Shown: positions 36,853 to 50,669 of the stretch, one piece after another | Numbering within the stretch: position 1 is the first letter of the stretch | How the letters are laid out: each line of letters begins with the position of its first letter | Assembly (NCBI GenBank): GCA_965649765.1 | Contig: OZ287748.1 | Location: 10,726,001 to 10,790,000, forward strand | Length of the DNA stretch: 64,000 nucleotides | Direction: 5' to 3' | From: Bispira polyomma | Taxonomy: Eukaryota | The notes under the pieces: generated by a model | Seen by the model: only the letters and a program-made list of their open reading frames with translations | What the model was told of the DNA's origin: nothing | Databases searched by the model: none | Position numbers and translations under genes: made by a program

Positions 36853-37430
36853 CAAATAAACATAAGGCACAAAGAAGCCAAACATCACAAAGAAAAGTGC
36901 AAAGAGCCATATTAAGTACACTTTATTTTTCCAGAGCTGCAACTCTTTCATAACTTTTCTTGCTATTGGCACTCTCACTGCATGCTCAATATCTGCCTTA
37001 TCAACTTTGGTCAGCGGCCTCAACTGCAGTGCACAGACGAAGCCAATCACGCAAGTCCCAGCAAAGCAGCGGAATGTTTTTCTCCAGCCGATCCAATCTA
37101 CAAGTACCTGAGATAGCGGGGAGAGCAATAGAGTGCCCACACTTGTGCCAGACATCATGATGCCAGTGGCCAGAGCGACATACTTATCAAAGTAGTCCGT
37201 CGCTATGGTCATACACGGGGTATAGTTCAGTGTACAGCCGACCGCATAAAGGAAAGTGAAGGTACCGTACATCTGAGTGAGGCTGGTGGTATAGGAAGAC
37301 AGGACCAATGCCAGGGCACAGACTACGGAACCGGAAGCTGCCACTGCCTGCTTCCCAAACTTCTTGATCAGTAGGCTAGACAGGGGTGCTAGGAGCATGT
37401 TAATCCCATAGCAGGCTGATCCTACCCAGG
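36853..37430 (-). CDS. SLC16 transporter exon 2 (TM2-TM7)
   Basis: Acceptor tgtgtttcAG; A-WVGSACYG...YFDKYVALATGIMMSGTSVG...GWRKTFR...FGFFVPYVYL; donor GTAGGT, phase 0. Confidence 0.95.
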
Positions 37431-38439
37431 CTGAAACACAGAGAATAGAGCCGGGTATAGTTCAGCTGACTAGTCATCGTATTAAGTAACAAAATTCATA
37501 AAAAAGCAAAAACTTTTATCTAAACTTACTCAAAAATGAAAAAAAAAATAGTTCATGCTGAAAGTACTTCAGCAATCAGTAACAACATCACTTTTTGTGG
37601 CTGAGGTGCTAAAATGTGATCAATTTGAAATGCTAGAAATGGAGTTAAATCAATTTCTAAGAATGCTTGCAACTTCTGCAAAATCGTATATTGGCGATTA
37701 AATGAATTTTATAAGAGATTATATAATTATGAGGGATGAAAAGTCCATTTATTCACATAATGAAAACGTCTTCTGAATAACCAACTTTATGCTTGGTATA
37801 TTAATCCAAAACATTTGCAAATATTTGTATCCGTTGGTATAATTAACATACTTACAAGTTCAAATAATACATTAAAAATACGAACTATCTGTGTTATTAT
37901 ATTATCTCTGCCATGACTTGGTCGACCGAGGTGTCATTATTACAAACTTTTGAAGTCAAATGAAATAGTCATAACAAGTAATACTAATGTGGTCAGCAAA
38001 TGTTTATCAGTAGTACATGCGGACATTATGAACCTGTGATATATCGATCACACACAGTGCATAATAAGAGCACTGTATTTGGAGTAAATCAAGTCAAAAA
38101 CGGGTAATTAAAGTATCCAAGTGTTTGATTGAATTGTGCTTGTTTTCAAGAAAATGAAGATTATATTTATGTTAAAAAAATAAGTGACAATGCAAAATTC
38201 TGTAAGAATGAAAATATTTCCTTGAATTTAGAAGCAAACGCAGTTTACTAGTACAAAATGACGTAAACAGGAAACTAATTTTGCAGAAAAAGACATTTAA
38301 ATTTTACCACAAATTATTTTTGAAAATGATATGCTAAATGCAATAAAAAACGAAAATATTATGAAATATTTTATATTTTAAAACAAATTTTGGTTCAGTA
38401 CCTTCAAAATGTACATATTTCAACCAAAAAGGTCATCAC

Positions 38440-39085
38440 TGGTGCTAAAGTTTTTTAAATGATTGTAGACATGTTTATCAAGGTTCAAAAATGTTTGGAA
38501 ATTCTCACTACAATCAATAAAATAGCGTTTCCTTACAAGTTACTCTCAGAAATATTTATCATACATGTGCATCTGTGATCCAGTTTTAGGTAGATGCTTA
38601 AGAGCATTCCAGGTGGATTGTATGGTTTGTGTATAGACATCTGTTTCACTGTCCATAAATTCAGTAAAGTGTGAGTATCCTTTTTTTCGAGGGGGAAATA
38701 AGCCTAGCAGTCACTATGAATTACATAACCCTTGTGAATGTATTTTTTAATTATTGGTATTAAAGTGGCAGCTGACCTGTCTTCTACTATTTCAAAGAAA
38801 CGTCTTTTGCAAACTCTCTCAATGCCACCAAAAAAACCAACAACTGTCAATCCTTCTTCCCCATGATATTTCCTTTTTCCGAACTTGCTCTCAGTAATTT
38901 CCACAATAACACCTTCTGGGCCACCTATTTATTTCATTATCCAATCTTGCTATATGTAAACAGACTTCTCTAGCAAAGTTATACCAGTCCACTAATGTGT
39001 GGTTACTTCCTATTCGTAATTCAGCTAGCACAAAGTCTAAAAACAATTGTTACACCCAGTGATATTTGAGTTTTACCATATCTTT
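38440..39085 (-). mobile_element. Merlin (IS1595/ISXO2-like DDE) transposase fossil in SLC16 intron 1
   Basis: VDWYNFAREVC, IGGPEGVIVEI(T)ESKFGKRKYH, FGGIER, VEDRSAATLIPIIKKYI, IHSDC*AY and TQTIQSTW; stops and frameshifts. Confidence 0.9.
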
Positions 39086-39126
39086 CAAACAAAGATGACA
39101 CCCTGACAGCCAGCTAACAGTTCTAA

Positions 39127-39755
39127 TGGCCTGGTCACACCTACACGTGTTAACGTCCCACAATGTAGCAAATCAATATAAACTGAAAACGTGGTGCTTC
39201 TTGTCAAAGTGACGTCATTTTCATAAAGGGAGGACTCGATTGTGACGTTTTGTGACGTTTCATGATGTTCCGTGACGATGTTGGTTCTTGTACACACGAA
39301 GAGGGGGCAAAAAACGAGCCATTTACTGGTAGGATATCACTACCTACTGCTATGTAGAGCTACTGTACTGCTACTTACTGGTGCCTTCTGCTTCGTTCTG
39401 CTACCTAGTAAAATAATTACGAGTGGAGACAATATCACTGCTTACTGGGACTTCCTCACTACCTACTACTAAGTAGAGCTACTTACTGATACGTCTGTGC
39501 TACTTTCGGAAACGATCGGGGACGAACAGTGAAACAGGGAGAAACGGGAGCTGTGACTGTAGTGTTTCAAACAGTTTGAAACACTACACACAGAAGACGA
39601 AACAGAGACGTTTCCAGAACGAGACCATCCGTTAATCAACGTCACGGAACAAACGCACCAGGGATCCTCACTTCCTACTACGTTTCAAAATGTTTCCAAA
39701 ATTGACACAACGTGACACAAACGTAGCTCTAGAATGTGTAGGTGTGACTAGGACA
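39127..39755. mobile_element. PIF/Harbinger-like MITE adjacent to the Merlin fossil
   Basis: TIRs TGGCCTGGTCACACCTACAC / GTGTAGGTGTGACTAGGACA, flanked by TAA and TTA. Confidence 0.7.
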
Positions 39756-40589
39756 TTATCGTTTGTTTGAGGTTGCACTTCCTACTACATAGTACATCTG
39801 AACTCATATCCATCTTTGCTGTATGAGGAGTCATTGACAAGATGGAAATTTCCAGTTAGGCAACTATCCCATAAATGTTTATAAATGTCCCATAAATGTT
39901 CATAAATGTCCATTGGCTAATAGTTCCTTGTCTTGTAAATATTTAATAAGTTTATCATTATCCCTGCATATTTTGTAAACATCATCATACACTAATCTAG
40001 ACAAACCCATATTTGTGATTAAAGTAAAAAAGTTAATTATCAAAGCTACCAGAACAACCCATTTGCAGTATCCTTAGCAACATGGCAGTTCTTATAAAAT
40101 ATATGTGTGAATGATGTAGAAAATCAATTTGGCTGTGTTTTGCATTATAGCTGTAGTACAGTTTATTATGATAGAATTTTTGGTATTTTTTAAATTTTTG
40201 AATATAATAATATTTTTGCGATGTCATTTGGTACTGGCAAACTGCATTCTACCATAACTGGAAATGATTCTAGTAGAATAGATAAGGATCGGCCACGTTA
40301 AATTTTGTTTACAATTTGTTTTTTTGTTGGTTTTTTCAAAATGACAGATAATTCTTGGAATCAACCAGTAAATATGGCGAAAAATGTCCAGTCGTTGTAT
40401 AGCCCCCCCCCCCCCCCCCCCCCCCAAACCAACCACAAAAACAACATTAATGATTACAAAAAAATAATATAAAATACTAAACAATAAATAAATAATATTT
40501 AAGGACAAAATGGATATCAAGGCGTCATATTGATACCAGAAGGATATCACGACGTCATATTGATACCAGAAAAGTGAAATGTAGCCGTG

Positions 40590-40852
40590 ATGTCATTGCA
40601 GTCACCATTTATAAATTGTGTCATTGCAGTCAACATTTACAAATTGTGTGACAATATCTTCACATTAATTATGCACACAGGGTTTAGGATAATCTTCCAA
40701 TAAACTATGGAAAATATACATTACCTACTGGGCCGTCATTGCAGTCACCATTTATAAATTGTGTGACAATATCTTCACATTAAGTATGCACACAGGGTTT
40801 AGGATAATCTTCAAATATAAACTATGGAAAATATACATTACCTACTGCGGCC
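40590..40852. repeat. Local tandem duplication (about 117 bp) that copies the SLC16 exon-1 splice donor
   Basis: TAAACTATGGAAAATATACATTACCTACTG at 40701-40730 and 40818-40847; GTCATTGCAGTCA occurs three times. Confidence 0.85.
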
Positions 40853-41088
40853 TTGGAGCTTCCAAACTCCCTGGAAAAGGCCACGAAAAACACACCGAAT
40901 GCATGCAGAAAGCCCACATGTAGGACTTGGATGGTGAAGGAGGAGGCACAGACAAACCACGCCTTCTTACTGTCCTTGAGTGGCAGGATAACAACAGGAT
41001 CATCCCCTACAGATGGACTGGACGTACTGTCACATTCTCCTTCCCTGTTTACTGACACTGTATTCCGAAGTCTCGTGTCCATCTCCAT
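40842..41088 (-). CDS. SLC16 monocarboxylate transporter family, MCT10/MCT8-like, exon 1 (spliced product 747 aa)
   Basis: DSKKAWFVCASSF...G...AFGVFF...F.SS matches the SLC16 TM1 region; donor G|GTAATG; the four exons (247+578+370+1049 nt) join in frame. Confidence 0.92.
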
Positions 41089-41233
41089 GTCAATTGTGGT
41101 TTATAATTTTTTTTTAAAGAGGACAATTTAAAACCAGAAAACAACAAATAATCCTTCATTCATTCCACTGGGGGATTTGTTAAAAGATAAATTCACATAT
41201 CGCCAGTTGCTAATGTATACGTATACACTAGAC

Positions 41234-41320
41234 TGACGTCAGCCGTGACGTCATAAAGAGTTTGCGTTGTATGACGTAACTTTCTGGCTTTACGTCATAC
41301 ATAGACTTTTAGTGACGTTA
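41234..41320. promoter_or_regulatory. Cluster of CRE/ATF-type sites upstream of the SLC16 gene
   Basis: TGACGTCA at 41234 and 41246; TGACGTAA ~41272; TTACGTCA ~41290; TGACGTTA ~41313. Confidence 0.6.
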
Positions 41321-41539
41321 GAAAAACAGCTTGATATTGTCGATGTTACAGCTTAACTGTAGACTGTTTAACCATGACACAGTCTGTTAGTTTTACTGGG
41401 TAATATATTTCATTCATCTTTATCATATGTATAGAACTACCGTGAATATGGTATATAAATAATGTGTCAGAGAGTTCTTATTAGGTTCTCCCATACGACA
41501 GTATGTAAAAAAATGTGAGAGTTATATTATGGTGGAGTG

Positions 41540-41895
41540 CAAAAACTCCAGATGGTCATTCCCCGACCAAGTGTGTGTATTATGGCTGTTGGGTGACCAA
41601 AGGTGGGGTTGATAGTCTCGAGCTCTAATACTAGCTCACTAGGCCAGTCTGCCATGTGGTAGAAATGTCTGGGTGTATGAAAACCCAACTAATTTAACCT
41701 GTTCTTTAGTCATTTTGAAAATTGGCAAAAAATCAATGTTGGACTTATAAAAGAAAAGCTTGAAGATTTAATGCATAGGGAGTGGAGTTCTAAACTTCCT
41801 TCCAAACCAAAATTGAGAACTTATTCCATTTTTAAAAATGAAATTAGCACTAAGGATTATATATGTTTATGTGTACCTAAATTTAAAAGATCTTA
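41540..41895 (+). mobile_element. LINE ORF2 3' fragment
   Basis: Translates to LEDLMHREWSSKLPSKPKLRTYSIFKNEISTKDYI...KRS, a typical post-RT motif of non-LTR elements. Confidence 0.7.
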
Positions 41896-44800
41896 CCCCT
41901 TCAGATTTCATTTCTTTTGGTATATATACTATATGTCACTGTAATAAATAAATAAATTATCAGTATTGAGATATGCTTAAAGTGTTTTGATAAAATAACA
42001 AATGTTATTCTATTACTTTATCATGCACTTGGAATGCATCAAATGTTACCTCCCTCTGACCTTGTGTATTGCCCTCCAACTCTGTCCTTTATTATTTATA
42101 TCATATAAGGTTTGGAAATATGGTTTGGCCATAGCAGACTTATTCATTCAAACTCCTTGTTACTTCAATTGATTGACTTGACTATTATTTAACCATGACA
42201 TAGCCTGTTATTAGCTGTAACTGGGAATATATATTTATTTCAACTTTTACATATGTATACTGTGAATATGTATACCTTGAAATGAACAATATGAATTCAT
42301 GAATTAAGAACAATCTTCAACACTTCAGATTGGCAACTAAATTCAGGATCATAATTTGAACTGGAGTCACTCTTAAGATGGGTCAGATCTCAAATTGGCC
42401 TTCAACAATGATATACTGGCATTATATAATATATCGTTAAACTTCCTGTTATCGATCATTTTCTATTATGGATCAGCAAAAAAAAAAAAAAAAACGTTTT
42501 ATATTAGATCATGTGACCACTATTTAGCATTGAATATTTGGCATTTTTAAATAAAAACTTCAATTGTCTCTAACATTAATTAAGAAAATAGGTAAAAGAA
42601 GGTATTAAATTGTTAAAATACATTTTATGTATTATTCGGATTACGTGAGCGATAAGTGTTCGAGGTGCGAGTATATATTACCTCATTTTAAAACCCAAAT
42701 CAAACTGGATCATTGTTGTTACAAGTTCTGAATATCAAATGTTATTATTGTCACAGAAAGTTGGATACATCAAATAAAACAGTACATACTTGTATATAAT
42801 TGTATCAGACGAAAACTTAATTCGTTTGCAGGGCTGAGGAGTTTTAATTTTTCTAATTAAATTTAAAACAGAGTAAAACAATGAGCAATTTAAATAGAGA
42901 TCTCACTTATGAGTAAAAGTATCATCTGTCCACACATTATAGATCACTGCTCTTAGTGCCATAATACAAAAGTTATTTAATGTCTTAATATCAAACCAAA
43001 AAATAGTAAGGAGACTCTAAAAAAAGGCAATACAAGTAATTTATTAAAATTTACAACAGTACATGTTTTAAAAGGTGTGATCAGTATTCTGTAAAAGTGA
43101 AAATTTAACTAAAAATTAGCCAATAATGAAAATTAATTTATGGGGCATTTCTTAAACATTATAATCTTTAGTGAAATTTTCGTCCAGCTCAAATTTTAGC
43201 TTATACAGTAGACTTTTAAAATCCACTTCATCCAGTATCTTAAAACCAATAAACAGATGGAATCCAAAACCTGCTAAATTAAAGAACAAATGAATCAAAT
43301 ATGCGTTAAATCTGTGTGGACTAAAATGTAATTAGTATCGATAACGGTGGGGCATAAAAACGTCAAGTCAATGTTTTATCTAGGAATCATTTAACCAGTG
43401 TCCTCTTTTTATCAACAGATACTCCCCCGTGTGTGTGTTTTCTTTTAAAATAAAAACAACAATCTATGTGGTTTTAGATCAACAAACACCGATACTATCT
43501 GTCTTTCACCTAGTCGCCAATATTGTGACATTCGAACTATGCAGACTCTATTAAAATCCCATCGAAATTGAAAGAAGAAGATTCAAATTTTTAATTCAAG
43601 AATTAAATGCCCCCCCCCCCACCCCCCCCACCCCCCCACCCCAAAAAAAAATAAAATAAAATAAAATAAATAAATAAAAATATACCGTAGGGGCGTATTT
43701 TTTAAAAACAATCAAGCTCAACTCAGACTTAATCTCAAATCTAACTGAAGTCTACAGATCATTGGCTGGAGTAAGGTTAAATAAATTCTAATTCCAAATT
43801 TTGAGTTCAGCATTCAAAGCACTATTAACATGAATGGTCACAAGTATCGGTTATCTTTAGACAGATACAAGTAACGTATAAACTCATTTAAACTTAAGTT
43901 TGAGGTTGCGTTATATACATTTTTAGTAGAGAAGATAGGGCCCTAATTGTGTTTGACTTGTGTTATTTCAGTGAGAGGGTTGGGGTAGGGGGAGGGGTTT
44001 TGTTCTTTAAATGGAGGTAAAACCCCAATAAATATCATGTAAATCTATCTTGACATGCCCACACCATTGTCCCCTTTTTTCTCTATCTGTTTCTTGTGCA
44101 GGACAGAGAGTTATAAACCCTCTCCCCAGTGGAGCTCTTTTCTCATTGTCAGAGGGGGCCACGTGGCCCACTGAAATGGTCTGCAAAACCAAACTGTTTA
44201 TAAGAGGTGTGGGGCCTTAGGGCAAACCTATTACCAAAATCGCCCCTACAAAACCAAAAAAAGTACAAGGACCGTCCATCATATGGGTCTCTCTAAGACC
44301 TGAGGACGTTATATACATATTTGTTAAGTTAAGACTTAAAGAGAGAATTTAAATTTACGTAATAACAGTCTGGATCTAGAGATTTGAGTATATAGTGTTT
44401 AAATTATTGAACGCTATATGGTATACTTTGTGTACTATATATATTTAGAAGTAAATAGAGACAAGTATAAATAATGGTACCACTTGAACTCTTAAGATCA
44501 TGACTTAAACTATAAGAGAAAATGAAAATAAATTAATGAGGTAAATGGCCGAAAAAAGGGATCAACCCTTCGCAGCCATCTGTTCTGTGTATTTGTGACA
44601 CATACAACAGACTTATAACGGACTTCACCGAATGACGAGGTGAGGGGGAAGGGAAATGGAGTGAGGGAGGGGGAGGGGGGGGGGTGACTGCCACATGATT
44701 AGGGTGATTATCTGTAACAGATAGTTTGTGATTTGGAGCTAAACTGATGTACTGTTATCTTGTCTTTTTGTGTGTGCTCATCTCAATGGAAAATATTCCA

Positions 44801-46914
44801 CATGGAGGAAAATACTTAAACACCCCCCAACCCTTCCCACTGAAACCTATACCCAACACACTACTGGAAAATTAGTGACATGTCATAAACTAAATGAATC
44901 TATCTATGTGACCCCCAAAAAAAGAAAAATCTTATAATACCTTATGGGAAATCATTAAAGTAACATAGACACTTGGACTGGCAATCTTGTAGCCATATGA
45001 TATTGAAAGCTTGACTCGTGGCTGGGCAGTTTTTCTTCTACTAGTAGTAGATAGAGATATATGTGGGTGACCTTATGGCCAGAAATCAGTGCCTTTACAA
45101 ATAATATATGTACCCGTCGGTTACCAATGTTTAAGAAAAGCTTGTCATTAGTGATTAGATGTGGATGGAGATATATATCTGTTTATATGTATGACTGGTA
45201 TTTTGTGGCCAGATTTATGGCACAGATAGCCTTCAAACAGTGTATGTCTCTTACATGATATCCCCTACTATAATCTTTCTTTAGTAGATAGATAGCTGAT
45301 AGTTTGTTTAACCCCTCTTTTGACATTCTTGTTCTACACTGAAAAATGAAGGAGTAATTAAGATAGACAGTTTATTTTTGTTGGAATCTCTAATAACATA
45401 TTTTTGGTTGGATTAGGACATTGTGTGACCTGATGCTATCTACTTTAAGGGCCATCACTGTACAGGGTTGCTGAAATAGTAAATAAAACCACCCTATTTT
45501 ATTTTATAAATTTTTTTTATGTAATATGTAAGGCATTTTGAAAAAAATTCTTTTATTTAATTTTTTTCTTGACATTCTAGTTGTCACAGTTTCAGTTAAC
45601 AGAAAGGACATCAAATAGAACAAAATTTAAAACTGTAAAATCTATGTTACAAAAAGAATAATATCTTTTAATGAAAGTCATTTTAATTTAATTATCAGAC
45701 ATTTACCTCTAGTTAATTTGTTCAGTATTTTGTATGGAAGCCTCTAGGTCGGCACAATACGACCTGCCACCCTGGGGGTCATGCTTAGAACAAGGGTTTG
45801 TAACAGGTTCTTTGGTTAAATTTATCCATTGTTCATGTTAAGCTTGTTCCAGTTCACAATTAAATTTGACGTTTTTTGTTCTTTTTACATCTCTTGATGA
45901 AAGAGCATCCCCCTGGGCAAGTCTTATGTCTTCAAGTGGGTTAATATTGTGTAAAAATGAGGCAAATCCAAATTTTTCTCAATTTTCTTAGGCACGTCTA
46001 TCATCTGTAGAAACCCCTGTATACTCCGCTTTTGATCGATGCGGTCTTTGGTCATTGTAGAGCACGGTTAAACACACGGATTACCAAAAATATTGGTGGT
46101 CAATTAATTTTCAGCTGCATGTTTTTGTCACTCATTTAAAAAAAAAAAAAAACTATTCTAGTATACTTTTTCATTCGAAACATTAACATTTTTCTCCAAA
46201 TTGATATTTCATCAAACAGACTTTAAACAGTTCATAAATAAATGTAACTAGAATCTTAAAGTTGATCACTTCAGTGTTATTTCCTTATAACATTTTAATG
46301 AAATTGAAGCAATATCACATAATTAAAAAAAAATATTTGAAAACTAGAAACCCCATTTTGCAAGACAGAGACAAAATACTGCTAAATAATAAAGAGTTAA
46401 CTGATTTTTCTACTAAATCAAAATTTTTTAAAAACCTATTTAAACATTTACACCACCTTCCTGTCTTAAAAGCAGGGATTTCAGTTAATCAAATATACAA
46501 TACAATATATTTTAACTCTTGATAAACTAGGAAGCCCCTCCCTCCCCTTCTTTAGTATTACAGATGGGTAAAGCGTGCAGTAAATTACCTCTATCCCCCG
46601 GAGCTGTTCATTTAACTGTCTGACAGGGCTAGCTGGTCACCTTTCTAATTATCTCAGCAGGTATATCAGGACAAATTCACTTTTAATGGCACGAGCACGT
46701 TGTATGGCACTTTTAGTAGCCTGGCATAGACCCTTTTGTCCAAAAAAAAAAAGAAACATAGAAATATCTACTCGTGTAAGTTTAGTAGTGAATGTTCTTA
46801 TCAGATTATATTTGATGATATTGTATGCAGGTAAGGATAAGATTGTCACTGAGGAAATGTGGGTAACATGCTAGCTAAGGAACGTAGAGGATCTGGGAGG
46901 GTCCAATGTGACCC

Positions 46915-47115
46915 ATTTGTTAGAAGCATCAGCTTTAAAATCACTGGCCTCTCACCTCTGGGGATCGAATCCCACAGATTCCTTCTTCATGTGAGAAAGT
47001 TTTTTAGGTACTTGCCGTAGATTGGTGGATTATAAGGCATCAGAACTGGTTACCCCAACACTAGTGATGCTGTTGAAAGAGACGTAAAACGCAAATATAA
47101 ATTCAAATAAATAAA
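46915..47115 (+). mobile_element. Diverged tRNA-derived SINE related to family 1
   Basis: AATCACTGGCCTCTCACCTCTG...TCGAATCCC...ATGTGAGAAAG...GACGTAAAAC followed by an AAAT-type tail. Confidence 0.6.
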
Positions 47116-47117
47116 TT

Positions 47118-47380
47118 AGAGGATCTGGGTTTGATCGCAAGCCTGGGGCGATCAGATACAGACAGATACATAATAGCTCGGATGACCACATAAATTAGTG
47201 GTCATTTTGTCATTAGGCCGTATCCAAACTGTCAGGCTAAAGAACCTTGGGGATGTTGATAAATGGTCATCCTCAATCCTCTGTCTTTGAGTTAGGGGAA
47301 CATCAGCTTACTGGTGCTGGTTGGCTGTACTTAAGTAGTCAGGATAAGATTAAAAGGCGCTTTAAAACCAGATAATGTAT
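47118..47380 (+). mobile_element. SINE family 3 fragment (Meta-domain-like), second copy at 49843-49945
   Basis: GCTCGGATGACCA...GGTC..TTGTCA.TA...AAGA.CCTTG.GG...TTGATAAA.G.TCAT.CTCAA is shared by both sites. Confidence 0.5.
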
Positions 47381-48615
47381 AAATTTAAATACAAATACAA
47401 GAATATATACAATACAATCTACCCCAGTCAGAAGTAATTTAAAAAAGTTCTAGCAATAATATATGATCTTTTCAGAGCTCCTGCTAGGCTTTTAATAGTT
47501 GAATCCCCCCGTCTTAGTAAGTCTTGATCATGAAATGATTTTGTAATCACAAAATGATTTGGTGCTGACAATTAATTATATTATCTGGTGAGCATGAAAT
47601 TGGGCTTGACTTGATCATGACATTAAATGCTAAACACCAACTTGCTAAGTCGCGATTACAACTTAAAGCGGTGAGCTAGACTTAATGAGTTCTAAGCACA
47701 AAACAATCTCATAATGACAAAATCATCTATCTGATGCTCTCACTGCTTAATTTAATTATATCATTTGGTGCTTACGACTTATTAAATCATACACACAATA
47801 TGATGTCGTGAACATGAATATTAGTATCAGGGCGAAAATATATGGATGTCTTCATTGCGGCTTCTTTACGATCTTTATTGAATGTGTACATCGTTTTAAA
47901 CGGTCACAAATATGATGAGCTGTTTTCTGAGCCTAAAACAAGGCTAGGCAGTGGGTTATTTGTAAGGTCTGGGGTTAAAGGGGCAAGGTGCCAGTACAAA
48001 GACAAACCAAGGGGTCTTGTAATTGGAATGCCCTCCTATAAATCTTTCAAATTTCATCTCAAACTTTTCGAAAAGCAAACTTAAAAAATGTTTTTTAAAC
48101 CATAAATCAAACATGGAAACTGATTTTTTAAACATTTATTGGTTTATTATGTAAGAAATTACTTTTGTCCATATTTTTTGTTGTTTGTTAATAAAAAAGT
48201 AAATAACTCATTTATATTTATTCTTTATTGAATCCAAGATTTGAATATCAGATAGATACACTGAATTTGAGTGCATCAATTAAACATATCATGCTATGAA
48301 GTAAAAATGTGACCATATCCATAGAAGGTTGAGTGAAAACTTGTCCAGAATATTGTAAGATTTAATGTTATGAAATATCTAGCAGTTTTAAAAATTCCTA
48401 TCATATCATATTGCAGCCTATATATACATCACCCACCTTAGTGACATCTCCATTGATGTCCCTTTAAAATGTGTTAATATTAACAACCTCTGGTTGGAAT
48501 GAATTTTTGATTAGTGGTGCATTGGAGTTACCAGTTGTTATTTATACTTTCTTGAGGGGAAACGAGTGAAAGGAAGTTAAAGTATTTTTTTATATAGACT
48601 ATCCTATTACTTGTG

Positions 48616-48860
48616 GGGGCCGTGGCGGCCTAGTGGTTAGCAAGCAGTGCACTTCACAATCACTGGTCTCTCACCTCTGGGCAGCTTGTGTTCGAATCCC
48701 GTCGATGCCTATGTGGGAAAGGTGGTAGTTCCTTACTGTGGGCCGCTGGTTTTAGTGCAGAATCTTGACCGACTGTATGCAGTGTTTCCTCCAGCGTTTC
48801 CAACTACCCGTCCCATTATAACCTAAACAGGTACAAGAGTGGACGTTAAATATCCAAATT
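48616..48860 (+). mobile_element. Full-length tRNA-derived SINE (family 1)
   Basis: GGGGGCCGTGGCGGCCTAGTGGTTAG A-box, GTTCGAATCCC B-box, 3' GTGGACGTTAAATATCCAAATT. Confidence 0.9.
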
Positions 48861-50669
48861 AAAAAGAATTCATATCATCTGTGGAAGACAAAAAAGTCAT
48901 AAAGTCTGTATTTCACTTGAATAGCGGTTAACAACAGCGTTAAATTAGTTTTCTGTATTATAAACTCTCTAATTGGATTAAACACCAGGAAACTATTTAT
49001 TATCTTGCTTTTCGCAAATGGCATACCTTTTGCTTGCCCCAGGACCTTCCTTTTTTGAATATAAGTGCCTTAGAGAATGTTTCTCATCAATTTGACACTC
49101 TATAAATGCTTCAATTATTATTTCTATAAAGAATTTTTGAACTATGTAATATACGCTGTAAGTTGTATTAAATATAAACTATTTTACCAGAGCTTATATT
49201 CTCGAAAGAAACTCAAACCCAGACTCAACTTAACTGAAGGATGTGTAGAAATCCTTGTACATGAAATAAACCTATACTTGGGACCATTCATTGTAATAGC
49301 GGCCTCAGCGGTCAAATATACAGTCCAATTTCACTTAACTCTACTGTAGCCAGAGAAATGGGAACTTTAGATTTGTGCTCAAGTCTAGGTTGAGTTTAGG
49401 ATGGCCACTGGATCAATCTACCCAAATGTGATATATAAAATAATGCGATTAGGTATCCGCAACTTTCAGTCTTTATATAGTGGTCACACAGATGCATTTT
49501 CTTAATACTTTGCCAGGATAAAACTTAATAGCTTTTGCACTACATCATTACTTGTGCATTAGGAAAATAGGGCAATACCATGGAACCTCTATTAACCGAG
49601 ATTCTAGAATAAGAGTATTTGATTTGTGAACATCTACACATTCTCCTATTATTTTGTACTAAAATGTCTCTTTCTAATTTAATGAACCTTCTATTATCTG
49701 AGCAAAATCTTGCCCCCCCCTCCCCCTCCACCTCCTCCCCCCCCCAACACATTTGAATATTAGAGGTTATACTGTGTGTTTCGCTGATTTCATTTGGTTG
49801 GATAACATCCTTATGCGAGATGAAAACACGTGTTTGCCTAGTGGCTCGGATGACCATTTAAAATGGCGGTCCTTTGTCACTAAGTTATATCTTTAGTGTG
49901 AAATTAGAAGATCCTTGTGGACATTGATAAAGGTTCATTCTCAAGCAAGCCTTTGCATCCATAGTAGCTTGCTATGAGGTAGCCCATTTGAAATGGTCCT
50001 ATGTTGTATAAGTGCACTATAACAAAGGTCATATTTCATTGCATTATTTCATCTATAAGTACATCTTAACCAACCTTGCCTTTGACAACCAACACCTTTC
50101 TGGATACTACCCTTCCTTGTAAAAGATAATAAATAAAAAATTATGTAAAAAAATCCAGAGGATCTTATTATTCCCAGCCCTCATTTATGTCCCAATTTTG
50201 TCCCCTGCTACTAGCAACGCCCCACCACCCCGTTGGAGGTATATTATACCTCCGGCCAAAAGGAAAAAAAAACTCCACGTCACTTCGAGTCATGTCCACT
50301 ACTATAGTGAGCATCATCTGAAGCAGTCTTCCCTCCTTTGATCTCTACTTATTTACCACAGTAATGGGATTGAATAATTAGAGGGTTGTTCTTTCCCTCT
50401 GATCTGAGAGGCTTGATGCTGAGGGGTTTGGAATGATGTGCTCCATATTACTTTACATGGGGACCCCTTTTTTGTGGTGACATAGGGTGATAATATAGTG
50501 TTTTGAATATCTACTTAAATAGCCATTCACACTTCACATTTCATTAGAGAAATGAGGCGGGCGAGTGGGAGGGGCTGACGACAGGTTCTGCACCAGTCTG
50601 GAAGGAGGCTCTGAACTTAAACACTAGCCCTTTCTCAGGCTCAGAATAGTTATATATTATTTTGGAATT

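Noticed and set aside
38440-39085. Bacterial IS1595 contamination or recent horizontal transfer
   Set aside because: Lies inside an intron of a eukaryotic gene, is heavily decayed, and fits the eukaryotic Merlin superfamily
48616-48705. tRNA gene (also 18075-18159 and 50770-50830)
   Set aside because: A and B boxes are present but continue into a shared ~170-bp body and simple-repeat tail found at several loci, so these are SINE heads
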